This document shows positions 1 to 9,743 of a DNA stretch of 64,000 bases, piece after piece; within the stretch, counting starts at the first letter, position 1; the number at the start of each line of letters is the position of its first letter. The position numbers and the translations under genes are program-made. Source of the stretch: a virus (taxonomy: Duplodnaviria > Caudoviricetes); IMG/VR virus record IMGVR_UViG_3300014613_000021, positions 1-64,000 of that record. One strand, given 5' to 3'. The notes below the pieces were generated by a model. It had not been told where the DNA came from. It worked only from the letters and a program-made list of their open reading frames with translations, and ran no database searches.

Positions 1-203
1 TGCTGATTAATCCAATAAGCAAAAAGTCCTGATATATTTTCATTCCCAAGAACTTCTTTACTTATTTCTTTTGCTTGTTGCTGTTGTTCAGCCGTTAAAC
101 TTATGGTTACTTTTTTAGTCTTCATAAATTTTGTTTTACATTTTGCACACATATAATAATTATCAATTTTATACATCATGCTTATCGGGTGTTCACACTT
201 CAT
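1..203 (-). CDS. Small hypothetical protein (runs off the window edge); N-terminal Cys motif then RHH-like segment
   Basis: Manual translation MKCEHPISMMYKIDNYYMCAKCKTKFMKTKKVTISLTAEQQQQAKEISKEVLG...; open to position 1. Confidence 0.45.
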   Translation of the reverse strand, partial: MKCEHPISMMYKIDNYYMCAKCKTKFMKTKKVTISLTAEQQQQAKEISKEVLGNENISGLFAYWINQ

Positions 204-369
204 AAAAACCTGTATTTGTTATTACTTTTAATGCTCCTGCTTTTTTTAACTTGCTTCTATTTGCTTTTGCATATTCAGCAACTTTTTCAGGGTTTGCATT
301 AGTATAGACAACTTCGTATTTATTAGCGTAAATTGCTACTACTTGTTTTTGTGTTTTTATCTTTTTCAT
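193..369 (-). CDS. Small hypothetical protein (58 aa)
   Basis: Manual translation MKKIKTQKQVVAIYANKYEVV...GFYEV*; directly downstream of promoter at 396-426. Confidence 0.55.
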   Translation of the reverse strand: MKKIKTQKQVVAIYANKYEVVYTNANPEKVAEYAKANRSKLKKAGALKVITNTGFYEV

Positions 370-395
370 ATTCGTTTATTTTAATTATTACTCAA

Positions 396-426
396 CAAAG
401 ATAGTTATTTATTTTGTATTTACAAA
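396..426 (-). promoter_or_regulatory. Bacteroidota sigmaA-type promoter
   Basis: Minus strand TTTG-N19-TATCTTTG matches the -33/-7 consensus TTTG...TAnnTTTG. Confidence 0.75.
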
Positions 427-486
427 TTATTTACCGTTTATTTTTCAATTATTTTTTTAGTTAGTTGAATATCAATATAATACAGT

Positions 487-540
487 TGCTAACACGGTAT
501 AAACCACATTAAAACGATGGTTTATACCCATCCGTTAGCA
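487..540 (-). repeat. attC-like recombination site A1 (54 bp)
   Basis: Minus strand TGCTAAC-GGATG-GGTATAAACCA...TGGTTTATACC-GT-GTTAGCA; stop codon of ORF 535-807 is the TAA in R''. Confidence 0.75.
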
Positions 541-807
541 ACAAGCGGAAGAAAGTTCCTGCTTCAATTTGCCAACCTTACGCACGGCATTTTTTTCATT
601 TAATGCCCATATTTTAATTCCATCAATATTAAATTCTTTAAGTCCTTGTTGTTTCTTGCGTTCTAATGCCTTTTGCTTACGCACACGCTCTATTTCTGCA
701 AGTTCTTCGGGAGTTAATTCTTCTCGGTAATTATGTCCACCAAACGAATCAGGCATCATTGCCCCCATCGCTGCAAACATCATCATTAATTGAGCCATTT
801 TTTTCAT
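535..807 (-). CDS. Cassette-borne hypothetical protein (90 aa)
   Basis: ORF bounded by attC A2 and A1; cassette start GTTAGCAAC is the exact complement of its R'' GTTGCTAAC. Confidence 0.75.
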   Translation of the reverse strand: MKKMAQLMMMFAAMGAMMPDSFGGHNYREELTPEELAEIERVRKQKALERKKQQGLKEFNIDGIKIWALNEKNAVRKVGKLKQELSSACC

Positions 808-832
808 AATTAAATTTTGTTAAACCGCCAGT

Positions 833-930
833 TGCTAACAAGCGGTCATAGTTAATAAAGCCAATTAAAGTTCGTGTTTCATAGCAAGCGGTGTGGATGG
901 CTTTACTAACCATACCGCCGGCCGTTAGTT
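833..930 (-). repeat. attC-like recombination site A2 (98 bp)
   Basis: Minus strand AACTAAC-GGCCG-GCGGTATGGTTAGTAAAGCCA...TGGCTTTATTAACTATGACCGC-TT-GTTAGCA; imperfect inverted repeat right after the HNH stop. Confidence 0.75.
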
Positions 931-1533
931 TTATGCACAAATGCTACGTTTGCATTCCATAAGGAAGATTCCCCATTGATTCGCCATAGCTTGTTTCCCT
1001 ATTCTTACAGCCCACTCTTGAAATTCATCTAAACTCATATCGCTTTTTGCATAATTACATATTTTACAACACGAAACAGAGTTTTCTTTAGTGTAATTTT
1101 TTGAGTTATCTATTCTGTCTATACCTGAATAAATAAAACCATCACCTATACTGTTCTTGGTTTTCTTAATATTATTAGGCTTAGAATCACAATAAAAACA
1201 ATTCATCTTAACCAATTTCTCAACGTCTTTTCTTGTTAACTGCCATTTAAAACCACGTCTTTCAGCGTGTCTTTTGTATCCTAAAATTATAGCCGTTATT
1301 TCAGAATGATTTTTTGATATTCGTTTTGACTTTTTTATTTCCTTACTCAAACAACCGCAACTTTTAGTGTTACCGCTTGTCATAGCCGAACCCATAACAA
1401 CCTTTTCCTTTCCACAGTCGCATTTTACCCTATACCATTTTCTCCATCTTTTATCTGATTTAGAAAATTCTAAAACTGTTAAGCGATTGAACTTATCCCC
1501 AGGTCGCAATTCAGGTTTATTATTTTTTGGCAT
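931..1533 (-). CDS. Phage HNH-type (His-Me finger) endonuclease, putative homing endonuclease
   Basis: N-terminal GDKFNRLTV..CDCG..SCGC DNA-binding repeat; CFYC and GIDRIDNSKNY..NSVSCCKICN nuclease motif. Confidence 0.8.
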   Translation of the reverse strand: MPKNNKPELRPGDKFNRLTVLEFSKSDKRWRKWYRVKCDCGKEKVVMGSAMTSGNTKSCGCLSKEIKKSKRISKNHSEITAIILGYKRHAERRGFKWQLTRKDVEKLVKMNCFYCDSKPNNIKKTKNSIGDGFIYSGIDRIDNSKNYTKENSVSCCKICNYAKSDMSLDEFQEWAVRIGKQAMANQWGIFLMECKRSICA

Positions 1534-1548
1534 TGTTAATAATATTAG

Positions 1549-2238
1549 TTATACATATTCAGCAAATATACGGTTTTTCTCTAAAATATGCAACTTATCC
1601 CATTCATCTAATGAATATCCACTTTCCATAAAAGCGGTAAATTGAACTGCAAGGGCTTGTGCAATGCCCGTAAAAGATTTGCTTCTTTCATTTGAATTAT
1701 CCCAAGCCTTCCTAATAGGTAATTTGCTTTTCCTCCTTGTTCCATCTTTTAGCAACCCTCCCCTTGTGCTGTTGCTCGTATAATGCCATTTTGGTTCTAC
1801 AATTTTTGTTGGCAATAAATCCGGCAAGTTTTTTAACCACAAGCACATTCTTTTTTTGAAAGGGTCGCCAAACTGAAAAGGGTTAATTATTTGATTGGGT
1901 TTTCTCCAGTTTGTGTTTAAAAAACCGGTTGGATTTTCAATTGATATGTGTCCACATTTGTTATTCCATATTTTCATCACAAAATCAACTGCCTGTTGTT
2001 GCCTGCCGTCAGCTTGTTTCTGTTTCCAGCTTGGAGCACCCGCCCCAGATAAATGAGTGCAAGGAGGAAAAGCAATTATTGCATGCCAATCATCGTTTAT
2101 GATGTCAAATAAATCCCCTTGATAATGTGGTAATCCTTTCGCTCCCGGAAGCAAATCACAGCTCATAGTATCAAAACCGGCATTTATAAATTGCTCAGTT
2201 ACTATTTGACTTTCCTCACAAGCTATTAGTATTTTCAT
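1549..2238 (-). CDS. DNA cytosine-C5 methyltransferase-like protein (short phage type)
   Basis: MKILIACEES start, catalytic FPPC motif, ENP motif, C-terminal ERSKSFTGIAQA; likely start is the ATG at 2238. Confidence 0.8.
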   Translation of the reverse strand: MKILIACEESQIVTEQFINAGFDTMSCDLLPGAKGLPHYQGDLFDIINDDWHAIIAFPPCTHLSGAGAPSWKQKQADGRQQQAVDFVMKIWNNKCGHISIENPTGFLNTNWRKPNQIINPFQFGDPFKKRMCLWLKNLPDLLPTKIVEPKWHYTSNSTRGGLLKDGTRRKSKLPIRKAWDNSNERSKSFTGIAQALAVQFTAFMESGYSLDEWDKLHILEKNRIFAEYV

Positions 2239-2259
2239 TCTATTCAAGTTTTGTAGTTA

Positions 2260-2295
2260 ACGTTTCATTTTTATTAACAATTACTCAATTATATA
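2260..2295 (-). repeat. Degenerate copy (34/36) of the 37-bp leader repeat also at 20769-20805 and 25474-25510
   Basis: Direct sequence comparison. Confidence 0.8.
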
Positions 2296-2306
2296 TAAAA
2301 ATTTGA

Positions 2307-3488
2307 TCAAATTATGTTTAATCTGATAGGGTTAAACGCTAACCCACTATTGACTATCTGTGAAACAACAGAATCGCCAAATGCTTTTCTGGCAATACCT
2401 ATGCTGCCATTTACATCTGCGTTTAATAATTTACCTATGGAACTTTGAAACAATCCACGAAACTTTCTTTTCCCTAAATACCTTTTTTGATGCTGCATTG
2501 ACTCATACGCCAAGTGGTCAACCTTTGATGTATGGTTTTCTTCCGGTAGCAGCACTCTGATACCTACGAGTTCTGCCTTGTAAGATATTTTATCAATAAG
2601 TCTCAAGTGTGGAAGGCATACAAACTTTTGGTTATTTGATTTACCTATGTTTATTGAATCTTTCCATCCCTTGTTATGACCAATTACAATTGTCCCTATG
2701 TTGTTTTCAACAGCATAATCAACAATAAACCTACTTATTTTATGAAGTTTATCCTCTATGAAATTGTTGCGATAGTGTGTCAGTTGTTTTATCCTGTTGG
2801 ACGTTCCACGATCACCAACATAAGACATTAGCTTTGCTTTGGTCTTATTGAACATTTGATTTACGGACTTCAAAACCTTACCGTTTATAATGAAAGAAGG
2901 CAATCCTACATTATTTACCTGCGTAGCGAAGTTATTCAGTCCTAAATCTATGGACAAGAATTTTGATGTGTCTAAATTTTCATTTATGATAGGTTGTTTA
3001 TTATAAACTACTTCAATTACAAAGCAGGTGGCCTGTGGCACTATACGCACTGAACAAACATTATCTACTTTAGTCTTTAATGGTTCAATAGTTCCTTTCG
3101 GAAAATATATGAATCCATCTTTCAGTCTTATCTGTTGCCCTGTGAAAATAATTAATGATAGTTGCTTTTTATACTTTGGCAACTTTGGTCTGCCTAAGAA
3201 TTTAGCAGGATTCTTTACCCACTCTTTTCTTGCTTTGTACCATGACTTATAATTCTGAAACAGTTTCTTTATTATCTGCTGCGATGTTTGAGCAGGTAAT
3301 GATCTGTAATTTTCTTCATTGAATTCTGCAAATAAACCAGAAAGCTCATATTCGCTGAAATGTTGTATCTTTCCAAATGTAGCCTGACGTAAATAGTACA
3401 AAGACTGATTATACAGGTTCTTTGCCTTAACGCAAATATCCTCTATCTGCTTGTCATTTATTACTATATGTCGCTCAACTAACTGCAT
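2307..3488 (-). CDS. tnpB: TnpB-family RNA-guided endonuclease (IS607-associated type)
   Basis: MQLVERHI N-terminus, RuvC-I SIDLGLNN, RuvC-III NADVNG, 393 aa, overlaps upstream IS607 tnpA remnant (TAATG). Confidence 0.9.
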   Translation of the reverse strand: MQLVERHIVINDKQIEDICVKAKNLYNQSLYYLRQATFGKIQHFSEYELSGLFAEFNEENYRSLPAQTSQQIIKKLFQNYKSWYKARKEWVKNPAKFLGRPKLPKYKKQLSLIIFTGQQIRLKDGFIYFPKGTIEPLKTKVDNVCSVRIVPQATCFVIEVVYNKQPIINENLDTSKFLSIDLGLNNFATQVNNVGLPSFIINGKVLKSVNQMFNKTKAKLMSYVGDRGTSNRIKQLTHYRNNFIEDKLHKISRFIVDYAVENNIGTIVIGHNKGWKDSINIGKSNNQKFVCLPHLRLIDKISYKAELVGIRVLLPEENHTSKVDHLAYESMQHQKRYLGKRKFRGLFQSSIGKLLNADVNGSIGIARKAFGDSVVSQIVNSGLAFNPIRLNII

Positions 3489-3655
3489 TATTCTGAAATA
3501 ACCTGTTTGATTGCTTTGTCTTTTCGCTTACTGTATAATTTCATAGAATAACAATGAAGCAAAGAAACTATTTCTTCAAATATTTCCTCGCTGTCTAATT
3601 TTGCGCTCCCAACCTCAGAAATAACAATGATTTTTGCACCAAATTTATTAATAAG
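3488..3655 (-). pseudogene. tnpA: 5'-truncated IS607 TnpA serine recombinase remnant
   Basis: Frame reads KFGAKIIVISEVGSAKLDSEEIFEEIVSLLHCYSMKLYSKRK..*, the IS607 TnpA C-terminus; no in-frame start. Confidence 0.75.
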
Positions 3656-3674
3656 TTTTCCATTGTTTTAAATT

Positions 3675-3860
3675 TTAACAAGTTATAGCAAGAAATCCCA
3701 TCGCCTCTGGCGTGGGTGGGTAGTTCACTTTCTTAGCATAGTCGCAATCTGTTTCATAGAGGTTGCATAAATGTTTGTGTTTATAATTAGCACAATCAAA
3801 AGGTCGAATCGTACAACCTATTTTAGTCCTTTTCGCTTCATTTAAGTCCATTTTTTTCAT
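3675..3860 (-). CDS. Small Cys-rich hypothetical protein with C-terminus derived from the IS end
   Basis: ORF track; last residues VNYPPTPEAMG are read through the IS hairpin. Confidence 0.45.
   Translation of the reverse strand: MKKMDLNEAKRTKIGCTIRPFDCANYKHKHLCNLYETDCDYAKKVNYPPTPEAMGFLAITC
3692..3728 (-). mobile_element. IS200/IS605-type terminal hairpin (putative left end)
   Basis: GTGAACTACCCACCCACGCCAGAGGCGATGGG, identical over 32 bp to 44071-44102; replaces the C-terminus of ORF 3675-3860. Confidence 0.65.
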
Positions 3861-3874
3861 CCGTAATGGGTAGT

Positions 3875-4066
3875 TTACTCCTCTTGGTAATTAACATTCT
3901 TTGACTGCCTCATAACACCCCTTATTCTCATTGCGTCCTTTAATAATTCAGGGTCAGGGTCAGACCAATGTCCGCACTCGCCATTATTGCAAATAAATCT
4001 ATCCCGATAGTACATTCCCCTTCTCATTGAACACCCGCATTTTGGACAAAATCTAATATATTTCAT
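3875..4066 (-). CDS. Small zinc-ribbon protein
   Basis: CPKC...CNNGEC. Confidence 0.55.
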   Translation of the reverse strand: MKYIRFCPKCGCSMRRGMYYRDRFICNNGECGHWSDPDPELLKDAMRIRGVMRQSKNVNYQEE

Positions 4067-4282
4067 GCTCTTTCCCTCTCTTTTGCTTCCGGGTCTTATT
4101 CTTCATCTGCCCGTTTTTATGATTTCTTTTTAAAACATTTTTAATAACATGAATCTCAAAGTTATCAAAAATATCCGTTTCTTCCTCAAAATAATTACTG
4201 TGTTTTTTCATTGTTATCTATTTTTGTGAACCACCCCTTGCCTAAAAACGAAAGTAAGTCTCATCATAATTTTCACATTTTT

Positions 4283-4318
4283 ACTATATATAGTTTAATA
4301 CTATATATAGTAAACTTA
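4283..4318. promoter_or_regulatory. Palindromic TATATA-rich operator or promoter-like motif, copy 1
   Basis: ACTATATATAGT twice in tandem followed by AAACTTA; similar to 8831-8866. Confidence 0.45.
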
Positions 4319-5203
4319 CTTTTTACCTTCCTTTTTCTTTTTAATTAAATCTAACATATCTGCCTTTATTGAATCAGCTAAATCATTTATTTCCTTAATA
4401 TCCTGTATGTTTTCTTCTCTCAAAGCAAGCCTTTCTTTCTTCTTTACATTTTCTTCATTTACTTTTTTTATTTCATCCCAATTATAAATCATCTTAGTTA
4501 TTGAGGGAATCAAGTCAGTCTCAACATCTTTCTCCGGCTTCTGCATCCCGGAAAACATCGCATAATAACTTTTATTAAGTTGAGTTAATAATTCAAGTGA
4601 ATTTAACCCTAACCTGGCAGAAACCTTTGCCACAACAATATTCATTAAGGATAAATCTTGAAATAACTCCTGGTGGATATGAACCTGAATACTCTCCTTT
4701 ACTTCCATACTTAAACTACCATATATTCGGTAATCCTTTCGTTCAGGGGCATTTAACCCCAATATCTTTGACCTCTCAGATATACACCATTGAACACCCT
4801 TTAAATATTCCGGGTTTCCACTTTGTATCACCTCCTCAGTAATAAATTCCTTCTGATACTTATCAACCTTCTCTTTAGTCTTCTCTAATAACTTTAGTTT
4901 CACAGAAGACGGCTTTTCAATAAACCTCTGTTTCTTCCTTTGATGATCTGTCCTTGATTTCTCCCATGCATCCCAATATTCAACTTCAAGTACATCTATT
5001 TTAGCAAGCTGTTTAGAAATAGCTTCTCCGGTGTGAATCATTACCTGTTCATTCCACTGTTTTCTTAACGCCTTTAAATCAAGACTTATTTGCTGTTGTG
5101 TAACCCCCACAACCTTACATATCTCTGACTGAGGGTTTCCCTTTAAATATAGTTCAGATACTAATAAAAGCCTTTCTTCAACTATGGCTTTTTTCTTAGG
5201 CAT
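4316..5203 (-). CDS. HTH protein, possible terminase small subunit
   Basis: N-terminal HTH LYLKGNPQSEICKVVGVTQQQISLDLKALR; ERSKILGLNAPERK resembles phage TerS-like proteins. Confidence 0.4.
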   Translation of the reverse strand: MPKKKAIVEERLLLVSELYLKGNPQSEICKVVGVTQQQISLDLKALRKQWNEQVMIHTGEAISKQLAKIDVLEVEYWDAWEKSRTDHQRKKQRFIEKPSSVKLKLLEKTKEKVDKYQKEFITEEVIQSGNPEYLKGVQWCISERSKILGLNAPERKDYRIYGSLSMEVKESIQVHIHQELFQDLSLMNIVVAKVSARLGLNSLELLTQLNKSYYAMFSGMQKPEKDVETDLIPSITKMIYNWDEIKKVNEENVKKKERLALREENIQDIKEINDLADSIKADMLDLIKKKKEGKK

Positions 5204-5339
5204 TTTTTCACAAGTTTTTTAATACAAACAACAATGAAAACTTAGTTATTTTTATAAATTACTTATCCTCAATAATTTAACTTATGTTATGATTCTTTAA
5301 GTTTCGGAATTATGGATTAATTGGTATTTGCTATTTTCA

Positions 5340-6167
5340 TCACATATTTAATTTTCCTTGCCCGTTTTTATCCGGTTTACGTTTTGCCTCTTTTAATACT
5401 TTTGGCATTGACGGCAATTTCAATACGTGACCGTCCAATATTTCTCGCACTGTTACGATTTTTAATTTTTCAAACTCCATATTAAAAAGTTTGTTTTTAT
5501 ATTTTCCTGCCTGCCTAATTTCGTTTATCATATCCCTTGTCGGTTCGTACAATGTAACGTACTTTGATAAATACTTTGGACTTACGTGGTGATGCTGCCC
5601 CATAATCTGACGTTCAACAATAGCCCAAAAAGATTCGATGCTGTTTGTATTGATACCACGATAGGAATACAGCTTCTTATGGTTAATCTTTATCGTGTCA
5701 ATGATTTTGTGAAGTTTAACCTGTGCCGTATCCGTATCCATCAACAAAACAGAATTATCTTTATCCACGTATTTTTCAACCAATTCTTTTAACTCTGCAT
5801 AGGTCGTATGCTGAATTACCTGTGCGATAACATCGCCGCCACGTTTAACTATTCCTGCAACAGTTTCACCGGCTGCGCCCTTGCCCCGTTTCTGTTTACC
5901 AATTTTGCAGGGCTTTTTATATTCGCCCTCCTTAAACTCATAACCAATTGCCTCGTATTTCTCCTTTGCTTCATCAAGCTCAGGTATATAGTGCGGAGTT
6001 CCTTTTTTTTCTGCTTGGCATTTACGGGGTTTGCCTCCTACTAATGTAGTATCAATCTCAAGTACGTCATCCAAAATTACATCTTTATTTTCTATTGCCA
6101 TCAGGTCTCGAATTGTACAGCACATTTTATAAACTGCAATCCATCCGGAATCTTTAATTTCCTTCAT
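5340..6167 (-). pseudogene. Chimeric ORF: truncated IS1595-family (ISXO2-like DDE) transposase fused to the C-terminal tail of a methyltransferase/restriction-endonuclease-type protein
   Basis: VLEIDTTLVGG..KRGKG..NSIESFWA..HHHVSPKYLSKYV then an abrupt switch to TLYEPTRDMINE..KIVTVREILDG; no N-terminal Zn ribbon. Confidence 0.65.
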
Positions 6168-6384
6168 TTTCTTTCTTTTTTACTCTATAATTAATGCACA
6201 CAAGTTCATTACTACCCTTTGCACATGAATAATTTTCTAATTCATTTTCTTCCTCAAATGACTTTCTTTTCTTAAAATCACAATCACCTTTCTTTTTATT
6301 GAAAAAAATACATTCTGTTTTCTGATTCTGGTTACAAGAACCTTTTGACTTTACTTCAATCACTTCTCTGTCTTTGTACTTCAT
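6154..6384 (-). CDS. Hypothetical protein
   Basis: ORF track, operonic packing. Confidence 0.5.
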   Translation of the reverse strand: MKYKDREVIEVKSKGSCNQNQKTECIFFNKKKGDCDFKKRKSFEEENELENYSCAKGSNELVCINYRVKKKENEGN

Positions 6385-6570
6385 CTCTTTACCCTTTCTT
6401 TTTTCCTTTCTATTACCACTTGTCTTGCGTACATATCAGCCTCATATTCCGTTTTAAAAAACTCTGATCCTTTTTCTGTTTCTATTACCCAATATTGAGT
6501 GAATCCGGACTTATACTTTATGTAGTCTCCGTTTGTTTCGTATCCTATTTGTGTTTTCATCTTTATCTTT

Positions 6571-7038
6571 TTACTTTCTTTCCTTTAACCATATCATAAA
6601 CTCAAATAACTTTAATTGATTCTCAACGTCAATTGAACCATCTTTTGTAAAACCTAATAATCCAAATAATTTCTTTTCTATTTCTTCCAGGCTTACTTTA
6701 AATACCCTTTCTGATTCAATCCCTAAACTCTTTTTTATTACCATCATTGACTCCGATAACATATCCTCAACCTCTCTATCATTTACTTTTATCCTGTTCT
6801 GAATAGTCTTTATCGCATAAATAACCGTCGCATGATTCCTGTCAATTGTGTTGCCTATTTCTCTGAGACTGAATTTTGCCTTGTATATTTCTTTTATGCA
6901 ATAACAAAATAACATCCTTATCATTACTATTTCATGCTTTCTATCCTTTGACTTTACTTCTTTAACAGAGATATTATAATACTCTGAAAAGTCCTTTAAG
7001 ACTTTATTTAGTCCGACAGTTTCCTTTCTCTCTATCAT
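6571..7038 (-). CDS. DnaA C-terminal (domain IV-like) HTH protein
   Basis: YNISVKEVKSKDRKHEIVMIR...SLREIGNTIDRNHATVIYA matches the DnaA_C pattern. Confidence 0.7.
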   Translation of the reverse strand: MIERKETVGLNKVLKDFSEYYNISVKEVKSKDRKHEIVMIRMLFCYCIKEIYKAKFSLREIGNTIDRNHATVIYAIKTIQNRIKVNDREVEDMLSESMMVIKKSLGIESERVFKVSLEEIEKKLFGLLGFTKDGSIDVENQLKLFEFMIWLKERK

Positions 7039-7286
7039 TTTTCTTCTTTTATGATTTCTTCTGTTATCAAAGAAAAATTAAGTAAATCTGAATAATAATC
7101 AATGAAACGATCAAAATCACTGTAACACATCAAAAAGGCTTTCATGTAAACGCCCTTATATTGCTTACAAATCTCCTTAGCTATTTTAGAAACAGAATAT
7201 AACCAGTATTCTTTACCGGTATCCTCTATCCTAAAATCTATTTCAATCGTTTTCATATTATCTAAAAAGTTTAATATTACCTTCAT
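7035..7286 (-). CDS. Hypothetical protein
   Basis: ORF track, overlapping neighbours. Confidence 0.5.
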   Translation of the reverse strand: MKVILNFLDNMKTIEIDFRIEDTGKEYWLYSVSKIAKEICKQYKGVYMKAFLMCYSDFDRFIDYYSDLLNFSLITEEIIKEEK

Positions 7287-7471
7287 TCAGTTGACTCTCT
7301 ATTTCATCAAGTATATTTAATTGTATAACGCCAGTAACAGACTCTTCTATCATATTCCTGAGACCTTCACTTATATTAAATCCTCTGTTCTTACAATATT
7401 TTTGTAACATCTCATATTGACGATCATCTATTACAAACCCTATGTGCTTTGTTTTCATTTTTTTTCTTTTT

Positions 7472-7479
<8 letters not shown>
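7258..7479 (-). CDS. Ribbon-helix-helix-like small DNA-binding protein
   Basis: HIGFVIDDRQYEMLQKYC...NISEGLRNMIEE. Confidence 0.5.
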
Positions 7480-8812
<1,333 letters not shown>

Positions 8813-8830
8813 CTCTTTTATTTTGTTTTT

Positions 8831-8866
8831 CTATTATATAGTATTATTACTATATAATAGAACTTA
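8831..8866. promoter_or_regulatory. Palindromic TATATA-rich operator or promoter-like motif, copy 2
   Basis: Perfect inverted repeat CTATTATATAGT-N6-ACTATATAATAG followed by AACTTA, upstream of the ParB-MTase. Confidence 0.45.
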
Positions 8867-8875
8867 GTTTATTTT

Positions 8876-9115
8876 CTATTCAATTTCAATGTGAATTTTA
8901 TTTACCCACACCTCTCTTTCAACACGAACACTTATTCCACAATATGTTTCTAATTCAATTTCCTTTACTTCTTTGCCCGTACATAAAAGAATGTTTTCTT
9001 TTAATTCACTCTTAAATTTTTTATACGTCCGTTCATCTAACCTTAATATTTCTGGATTAATCCCTCTTTCTTCTGCAACATCTATCAATTCATTTATTAG
9101 CTCTCTTATTTCCAT
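8876..9115 (-). CDS. Hypothetical protein
   Basis: ORF track. Confidence 0.55.
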   Translation of the reverse strand: MEIRELINELIDVAEERGINPEILRLDERTYKKFKSELKENILLCTGKEVKEIELETYCGISVRVEREVWVNKIHIEIE

Positions 9116-9203
9116 TTTAACCTTGTTTATTTTTGTTTATAGTAAGTTTCTTTGAAATTTAATGATTATACCTTATTCAAAAGAAAGGGTTCATTAAAAG
9201 GCT

Positions 9204-9386
9204 TTAAAATAACTCACATTCGATTTCTGCACTTTCACTATCTTCTTTTGTTTCTTTAGTGAAATATTTACCCCAACATTCGTCAATAAGTTTACCTCCA
9301 CATCCACAGTCAAATCCGAAACAACAAATTCTTATTTCAATTTCTTTTTCCAAACTTGCTCGTAAATATAACCTGCCAAAAGACAA
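9204..9386 (-). CDS. Small hypothetical protein
   Basis: ORF track. Confidence 0.4.
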   Translation of the reverse strand: MSFGRLYLRASLEKEIEIRICCFGFDCGCGGKLIDECWGKYFTKETKEDSESAEIECELF

Positions 9387-9422
9387 ATCATAATTGCTGA
9401 TAATGTCATTAAAATTCCCATT

Positions 9423-9614
9423 TCACAAACTTATTTTAAACTTAATTTCAACCTCTTTCTTTGTACCAAATTCCACCTTTCCAAGATCAATCTCAAAAAC
9501 ATCTTCCCACACAATCATATACAGGTCATTAAACCCGGTCTTAATTACATGAATCATTTCAGGTTCATCTTCGTGTTGAAATGATTTGATTTCTATTTTT
9601 CTTTCTATCCACAT
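9423..9614 (-). CDS. Small hypothetical protein
   Basis: ORF track. Confidence 0.5.
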   Translation of the reverse strand: MWIERKIEIKSFQHEDEPEMIHVIKTGFNDLYMIVWEDVFEIDLGKVEFGTKKEVEIKFKISL

Positions 9615-9666
9615 AACATTAACTTCTTTTAGTGAAATCTTCTCTTTTCGTGAACTAAATTTTCAT

Positions 9667-9698
9667 TAAAAATATAAAACTTATATTTAACATCCAAA
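9667..9698 (-). promoter_or_regulatory. Bacteroidota-type promoter (TAnnTTTA variant)
   Basis: TTTG-N20-TATTTTTA. Confidence 0.55.
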
Positions 9699-9743
9699 TA
9701 TTTTAACCTTTATTTTTCAAACAAAAATGTAACCTGTTTATTT

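Noticed and set aside
749-940. 63-aa minus-strand ORF in the track
   Set aside because: It is read almost entirely through attC A2 and overlaps both neighbours; best explained as a hairpin-derived spurious ORF.
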